From positions 124,001-188,000 of the forward strand of contig NIVC01000650.1 in NCBI GenBank assembly GCA_002269645.1: DNA of 64,000 nt. The letters are read 5' to 3'. Below are positions 48,653 to 64,000 of this stretch, in pieces. Within the stretch, counting starts at the first letter, position 1. Each line of letters begins with the position of its first letter. The stretch comes from Macrostomum lignano (taxonomy: Eukaryota). Made by a program: the position numbers and the translations under genes. Below the pieces are notes generated by a model. That model saw nothing but the letters and a program-made list of their open reading frames with translations. It was not told the origin of the DNA and ran no database searches.

Positions 48653-49024
48653 CATGGATGAATGAATAGAATGGATTGCTATTCTGGCTCTGGCTATTTT
48701 CGTTCCCGACTCTTTTGCATCCGGTTCCCCCCCCCGTGCCTTTTCATTGGTTGATGATTGCCATAGACAATTTTCGGCCTTCGCCCCTTTCTTTCGATGC
48801 ACAAGCGCTTTCGCTCGTGTTTTGAAATAAAGGGGGAAGACCTACAAGCACGATTCGAGAGACGATTCGTCTACAAAAAAGGAAAGAAAGGGGCGAAGGC
48901 CGAAAACTGTCCATGGCAATCATCAACCAATGAAAAGGCACGGGGGGGGGGACCGGATGCAAAAGAGTCAAAAACGAAAATAGCCAGAGCCAGAATAGCA
49001 ATCCACTCTATTCACTCATCCATG
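48653..49024. mobile_element. hAT-like MITE, ~140-bp TIRs (CATGG...CCATG), 8-bp TSD ATTCAATA
   Basis: TSD at 48645-48652 and 49025-49032. Confidence 0.88.
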
Positions 49025-49583
49025 ATTCAATAACAACATTGTAGATATCTGTCACTATTAGTACAAAAACAACGCTACTAGTAGTCACGTTCTGCAAGCA
49101 AAATAGCAAAATACTGATCTTACTCCACAGGATTCTGGCAGCCTCTCTTTTACGAGTACAAAGCTACCTATATGCATTTCTAAAATTAACAACTGCGTGT
49201 AGGTGGCTAGGGATAAGACTCAAAGATTTCTGGAAGATTTTTTTTCGCCTACGATACGGTCGTAATAACAACGTTCCAACGAGGTCTGGGGTCCCCAAGC
49301 CACGCAGCATGAGGACTGCTTTAGTCTCGCTCCCTGACAAAGAGCTTCTCATGTGATAGTTGTAATTGCAGAAGTTAAGCAATCATGTATTATGCGGTTA
49401 AAAAGGTGGATATTCTATCCAGAAAACGCATGTTAAATTGTACATAAAAATAAGGGTTTTTTCTCCTGATGCATCCGCAATGCACGTTGATCCTTGGTCC
49501 TAAAAGTGCATTCGCTATTATGAAGACATTATAAAGCGACTTTGTGAAGTCTTGATCTTTGAACCTGAGCATCTGAAAATGTG

Positions 49584-57823
<8,240 letters not shown>

Positions 57824-58009
57824 GCCGATATTGGACTTCTGGTGCACTAATAGAAGAATATTTAGTGATTACACTGTATTTGCAGTCTTCTCAATGTCAT
57901 TAGGGAATTTTCCTTACAAATTCCATTTAATATCACTTGGTAATCCAAGATCACAGGCGAACTTTTCTTCTCAAGTCCGCGAAAGTTCACGGGATTGCAG
58001 ACTCAGCCT

Positions 58010-58330
58010 TAGCTTAGAATCTCATAGGCTAGACTCTCATAGAATCTCATAGAATCTCTGCCTAACTGAGAATCTCATAGACTCTCTGCCTAACTGAGAA
58101 TCTCATAGACTCTCTGCCTAACTGAGAATCTCATAGACTCTCTGCCTAACTGAGAATCTCATAGACTCTCTGCCTAACTGAGAATCTCATAGAATCTCTG
58201 CCTAACTGAGAATCTCATAGGATGGACTCTCACTGCCTAACTGAGAATCTCATAGGATGGACTCTCACTGCATAACTGAGAATCTCATAGTATAGACTCT
58301 CACTCTCACTATCTAACTGAGAATCTCACA
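58010..58330. repeat. 28-bp minisatellite (GAGAATCTCATAGACTCTCTGCCTAACT)
   Basis: Read directly. Confidence 0.92.
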
Positions 58331-58619
58331 TTGTAGAAATTTTAAATTTTAATTTTAACCGAATTTCTTGACGGGCAGCCGTATGCCGGATCTGCTGTTC
58401 GACTGGAAACAGCGGAGAGATTCTGACTGATGGAGACAGTCTCAGGTTGCTCAGCCGTAAAGCCCCGAGCTAATGGGGATTTTTTGTCGAACGAAATTGA
58501 AGCGTAAATCCCAGGTGTCTGCATGGTTTAAGAGCGAAAATTGCTTGCTAATCTTGTTTGTAAACAATGAGCATCAGAAATATCTTGCTCGCATATGTAC
58601 ACCAGTAATCAAATGAATT

Positions 58620-58697
58620 AGTCAATTAATCATTTAACTAATCAATCAGTTAATCAATCTATCAATCAATCAGTTGATCAATTCAATCCGTAATTCC

Positions 58698-58730
<33 letters not shown>

Positions 58731-58816
58731 CCAGCCAATCAGTTAATCAATCAATCAATCAATGAATCTATCAATCAATCAGCTAATCAATCAATCATTC
58801 AATCAATCAATCAGCT

Positions 58817-58850
<34 letters not shown>

Positions 58851-59010
58851 CCAATCAGTCAATCAATCAATCAATCAATCAATCAACCAATCAGTCAATC
58901 AATCAATCAATCAATCAATCAAACAATCAGCCAATCAATCAACCAATCGGTCCATCAATCAATCAAGCAAGAAAGAAAGAAAGCAAGCAGGTAATCAATC
59001 AATCAGAAAA
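58620..59010. repeat. Degenerate (ATCA)n microsatellite
   Basis: Read directly. Confidence 0.93.
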
Positions 59011-59489
59011 AATTAGTCAAGCAAAGGCAGACAAACAGCTGAGAAATCAATAGACAATGGAGAGTCTGAAAACCTGGATTTTCCGCAAAGCAGCAAAGCT
59101 GCGAGTCCGTCTCGCGCCTCAAGGCGAATTCAAACTCGAATTCATAGTCAAAGACTCGCTACAGAGAAAGAAAACTTTTCATGCGGAAAAGCCAGATCAA
59201 GTTCTCCTGATGCAGCCGAGCGGACGCGGCCTGGAAACTGGGTCGGGTGCTATCAGCTTTCTGCAACTCAAATCCCAGCGAGTGGCTTAAGACTTTGGCG
59301 AACTAGAAATCGGACAATTTCTTCGAAATAGCTCGTGTTTGAGACATTGAACTTCGACTACAGACATAGATTAGGGAAACCCTGATGGTCAGACACACAG
59401 AAAATACAGAAAAAGCAAAGTTCAGATGAGCTTCAAGTTTTAAACAGGTTTTTGGAAATAGTTACTCGTATTGGATTCATCTACTAGTA

Positions 59490-60150
59490 ATATGAACTCA
59501 GTTACTAGTAAGAAACTCAGTTACTAGTAATAGGCTCAGTTACTAGTAATAGGCTCAGTTACTAGTAATAGGCTCAGTTACTAGTAATAGGCTCAGTTAC
59601 TAGTAATAGGCTCAGTTACTAGTAATAGGTTCAGTTACTAGTAATAGGCTCAGTTACTAGTATTAGGTTCAGTTACTAGTAATAGGCTCAGTTACTAGTA
59701 ATAGACTCAGTTACTAGTAATAGGCTCAGTTACTAGTAATAGGTTCAGTTACTAGTAATAGGCTCAGTTACTAGTAATAGGTTCAGTTACTAGTAATAGG
59801 CTCAGTTACTAGTAATAGACTCAGTTACTAGAAATAGACTCTGTTACTAGTAATAGACTCAGTTACTAGAAATAGACTCTGTTACTAGTAAGAAACTCAG
59901 TTACTAGTAGTAGATTCAGTTACTAGTAATAGACTCAGTTACTAGAAATAGACTCTGTTACTAGTAAGAAACTCAGTTACTAGTAGTAGATTCAGTTACT
60001 AGTAATAGACTCAGTTACTAATGATAGACTCAGTTACTAGTAATAGACTCAGTTACTAGTAATAGACTCAGTTACTAGAAATAGACTCTGTTACTAGTAA
60101 GAAACTCAGTTACTAGTAGTAGACTCAGTTACTAGTAATAGACTCAGTTA
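59490..60150. repeat. 19-bp minisatellite with palindromic core TTACTAGTAA
   Basis: Unit CTCAGTTACTAGTAATAGG. Confidence 0.95.
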
Positions 60151-60675
60151 CTATATCTATTATGTAGGGCTGTAAAAATGACTATAAATTACATAAATTG
60201 ACAATAATAACGAAAGTAGTTTGAGCTATTACATGCACATGCTATGTACATGCAACAGTCATACAGGAAGTGTAAACATTACATTGAAGCCAGAAACAAA
60301 AAATTGCATATGCCGATAGCTGCAATCAACATTTGCTGAGCCAGCGGCCTACAGCTCCTTGGGGAATTCTCAGCTAAATATAGGTGTCAGCAGCATTACA
60401 CCCCCCTAACACGCACAGCAGGGAGCCTGCAGCGGCAGTGTTCCCATACTTGAAGATATCGCGATATGAAATATGAAATATGCATAAATCCATACTGGCT
60501 CTGCATTTAGCGGAGAAAGAGACTGACTGCATGGCAGCAAGGACTGCTGACCTGAGAGATGGGCCGTTGCCATGTATTTTATCATGGTGGGGGGGGGGAA
60601 AGCCAAGAACTCTACTTGCACACGACTAAAGTTCCTGCTTGTACATTATTTTGAAAATCGGTGTTGCTACCACTA

Positions 60676-61275
60676 ATTTTGGCGCCTCAGGCTCTCATTT
60701 TGGCGCCTCAGGCTCTCATTTTGGCGCCCCAGGCTCTCATTTTGACGCCGAAGGCCCTCATTTTGACGCCGAAGGCCCTCATTTTGGCGCCTCAGGCTCT
60801 CATTTTGGCGCCTCAGGCTCTCATTTTGGCGCCCCAGGCTCTCATTTTGACGCCGAAGGCCCTCATTTTGGCGCCTCAGGCTCTCATTTTGGCGCCGCAG
60901 GCACTCATTTTGGCGCCTCAGGCCCTCATTTTGGCGCCCCAGGCACTCATTTTGGCGCCGAAGGCCCTCATTTTGGCGCCGCAGGCACTCATTTTGGCGC
61001 CGCAGGCACTCATTCATTTTGGCGCCGAAAGCACTCATTTTGGCGCCCCAGGCACTAATTTTGGCGCCTCAGGCTCTCATTTTGGCGCCTCAGGCTCTCA
61101 TTTTGGCGCCTCAGGCTCTCATTTTGGCGCCCCAGGCACTCATTTTGGCGCCGAAGGCCCTCATTTTGGCGCCTCAGGCACTCATTTTGGCGCCGCAGGC
61201 ACTCATTCATTTTGGCGCCGAAAGCACTCATTTTGGCGCCTCAGGCACTCATTTTGGCGCCGAAGGCACTCATTA
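60676..61275. repeat. 21-bp minisatellite (CATTTTGGCGCCTCAGGCTCT)
   Basis: Read directly. Confidence 0.95.
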
Positions 61276-61734
61276 TGGCAAGTTAATAAAAATTGATTGC
61301 GCAAGTCACTAATGAACACAAGTATGATCAGCTTTATGACATTGGACAATAGTGAATATTATCACTTTTTTTCGTGAACGGCTAGCTCGCTTACCGAATC
61401 TCGAAGCGCCGGTATCACTGCAGATTCGTTAAATTTTTAAGCAGGCAGCAATAATACGACTAGGTCGCTAAGATATGCGTTTGAGGCAACGCAATCGCGG
61501 CAGAGCTGCAGTCTGACTATATACAGGCAAGATAGAGCGGGGTAACTCGAGTACAAGTAGGCAGGCATAACGACGAGATCGCTGATTGGCTCTGACTGCA
61601 ATTCACCCAGCATAATCGCCCAGGCGATTCACAGCACTGGGCAACTGACAGTGGCGTCTCATTAGGTGTCACACATTGATGTCACAATGATGACACATTT
61701 GAGTGTCACAGGGGTGACCATTTTAGGTGTCAAC

Positions 61735-62570
61735 AGGGCGCCACATTAGGTGCTACAGGCGCCAAATGAAGTGTCACAGGAGGCGCCAAATGAAGTGTCA
61801 CAGAAGGCGCCAAACAAAGTGTTACAGAAGGCGCCAAATGAAGTGTTACAGGAGGCGCCAAACAAAGCGTTACAGAAGGCGCCAAATGAAGTGTCACAGA
61901 AGGCGCCAAATGAAGTGTCACAGAAGGCGCCAAACAAAGTGTCACAGGAGGCGCCAAATGAAGTGTCACAGGAGGCGCCAAATGAATTGTCACAGGAGGC
62001 GCCAAATGAAGTGTCACAGGAGGCGCCAAATGAAGTGTCACAGAAGGCGCCAAATGAAGTGTCACAGAAGGCGCCAAATGAATTGTTACAGGAGGCGCCA
62101 AACAAAGCGCTACAGAAGGCGCCAAATGAAGTGTCACAGGAGGCGCCAAATGAAGTGTCACAGAAGGCGCCAAATGAAGTGTCACAGAAGGCGCCAAATG
62201 AAGTGTCACAGGAGGCGCCAAATGAATTGTTACAGGAGGCGCCAAACAAAGCGCTACAGAAGGCGCCAAATGAAGTGTCACAGAAGGCGCCAAATGAAGT
62301 GTCACAGAAGGCGCCAAACAAAGTGTCACAGGAGGCGCCAAATGAAGTGTCACAGGAGGCGCCAAATGAAGTGTCACAGAAGGCGCCAAATGAAGTGTCA
62401 CAGGAGGCGCCAAATGAAGTGTCACAGGAGGCGCCAAATGAAGTGTCACAGAAGGCGCCAAATGAAGTGTCACAGAAGGCGCCAAATGAAGTGTCACAGG
62501 AGGCGCCAAATGAAGTGTCACAGGAGGCGCCAAATGAATTGTCACAGAAGGCGCCAAATGAAGTGTCACC
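61735..62570. repeat. 24-bp minisatellite (GGCGCCAAATGAAGTGTCACAGAA)
   Basis: Read directly. Confidence 0.95.
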
Positions 62571-63149
62571 TGGGTTAATTTTTACCCAGCTCTAGAAGTG
62601 AATTATTAGACTGTTTCTACAGACATGCCTAGCATGGCGATAGAAACTTCAAAAATTAAAAGAAATTCAAACATGAACAGCATCAAGATTTTGAAGTATT
62701 TTGAACTGAATAAATAGCAAAAGGCTGGCACCGAATTAACAAAACTGTATTATCGCAATTATTCCGACAGGCTGGATAAAGAGTGGATTGAGAATTTAGG
62801 AAAGAGAAAAAATAGGCAAAGCCTTCTTGTGATAAACTTTGTAATTACAAGCAATACCCATTCGCAGCAACAAAATAGAAAGAAGCATTAGGAAAGAGGG
62901 GTGAGACCAATTAGCCAGATTTGCACTTTCTCTCAATGACAGACGCGCTCTAGAATACATTGAGACTGAAGCTGAGCCAAGCATAACGCTGTCTGTGCTG
63001 TTCAGATTGAAAAGCAAACACAGTTGCCTGCTTTTTTACAGATAGGTCTGTTCCATTGCTGCTCTTGTTCCTTTGATGTTGCCTTTTGTCAACAGCTCAG
63101 TCCCTGTTATTATGAGCCTCTCAATATCCTCCTCTGTTTAATATGATAT

Positions 63150-64000
63150 CCTTTCTTCTCGCTCTTCCTTCTCGCCCCTCTCCCTTCTTCTCGCCCCTCT
63201 CCCTTCTTCTCTCCTCTCCCCCTTTTCTCTCCTCAATCTATTCTTCTCTCCCCAGCTCCCTTCTTCTCTCCCCAGCTCCCTTCTTCTCTCCCCAGCTCCC
63301 TTCTTCTCTCCCCTCTCCCTTCTTCTCTCCCCTCTCCCTTCTTCTCTCCCCAGCTCCCTTCTTCTCTCCCCAGCTCCCTTCTTCTCTCCCCAGCTCCCTT
63401 CTTCTCTCCCCAGCTCCCTTCTTCTCTCCCCAGCTCCCTTCTTCTCTCCCCTCTCCCTTCTTCTCTCCCCAGCTCCCTTCTTCTCTCCCCTCTCCCTTTT
63501 TCTCTCCCCTCTCCCTTCTTCTCTCCCCTCTCCCTTCTTCTCTCCCCTCTTCCTTCTTCTCGCCCCTCTCCCTTCTTCTCGCTCCTCTCCCTTTTTCTCT
63601 CCTCTCCCCCTTTTCTCTCCTCAATCTATTCTTCTCTCCCCAGCTCCCTTCTTCTCTCCCCAGCTCCCTTCTTCTCTCCCCAGCTCCCTTCTTCTCTCCC
63701 CAGCTCCCTTCTTCTCTCCCCAGCTCCCTTCTTCTCTCCCCAGCTCCCTTCTTCTCTCCCCTCTCCCTTTTTCTCTCCCCTCTCCCTTCTTCTCTCCCCT
63801 CTCCCTTCTTCTCTCCCCTCTTCCTTCTTCTCGCCCCTCTCCCTTCTTCTCGCCCCTCTCCCTTTTTCTCTCCTCTCCCCCTTTTCTCTCCTCAATCTAT
63901 TCTTCTCTCCCCAGCTCCCTTCTTCTCTCCCCTCTCCCTTCTCTGCCCCGCTCCCTTCTTCTCTGCCCCGCTCCCTTCTTCTCTGCCCCGCTCCCTTCTT
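63150..64000. repeat. Pyrimidine-rich 18-20 bp repeat (CTCCCTTCTTCTCTCCCC[AG]) with higher-order blocks
   Basis: CTCAATCTATTCTTC recurs at ~63232, 63620 and 63890; truncated by the window end. Confidence 0.93.

Noticed and set aside
59057-59290. 77-aa plus-strand ORF
   Set aside because: No family signature; may be the 5' UTR or promoter of the claudin-like gene on the other strand.
61727-62595. Arg-rich protamine-like and QEAPNEVS ORFs
   Set aside because: Frames of a 24-bp satellite, open on both strands.
62796-63140. Coding-looking minus-strand stretch
   Set aside because: Interrupted by TAA and not recognisable; insufficient evidence.

Overview
Eukaryotic, repeat-dense animal genomic DNA with no prokaryotic features and no CRISPR. 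The mix of GC-rich exons, minisatellite-filled introns and a universal stress protein gene suggests a free-living flatworm such as Macrostomum; this is inference. Gene models were built by hand from ORFs and GT-AG sites. They are: an orphan single-pass membrane protein (-, 2.8-3.3 kb); a 7-exon nicotinic acetylcholine receptor-like subunit (+, 12.6-19.9 kb); four head-to-tail minus-strand genes PEX16 > USP > cyclin H > mitochondrial IF3 (36.2-22.3 kb); an intronless rhodopsin-class GPCR split by a 1-nt frameshift (+, 46.3-47.5 kb); and a 5-exon claudin/PMP22-like gene with a long N-terminus (-, 57.8-49.6 kb). The rest is about 35 micro/minisatellite arrays, two copies of a tRNA-derived SINE with TSDs, a decayed RTE-like LINE, and several MITEs with TA or 8-bp TSDs. 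A 48-49 bp element with 8-bp TIRs and 6-bp TSDs is inserted twice in the LINE. Most long ORFs in the supplied track are translations of tandem repeats. All protein identifications are from recalled family motifs, not database searches.
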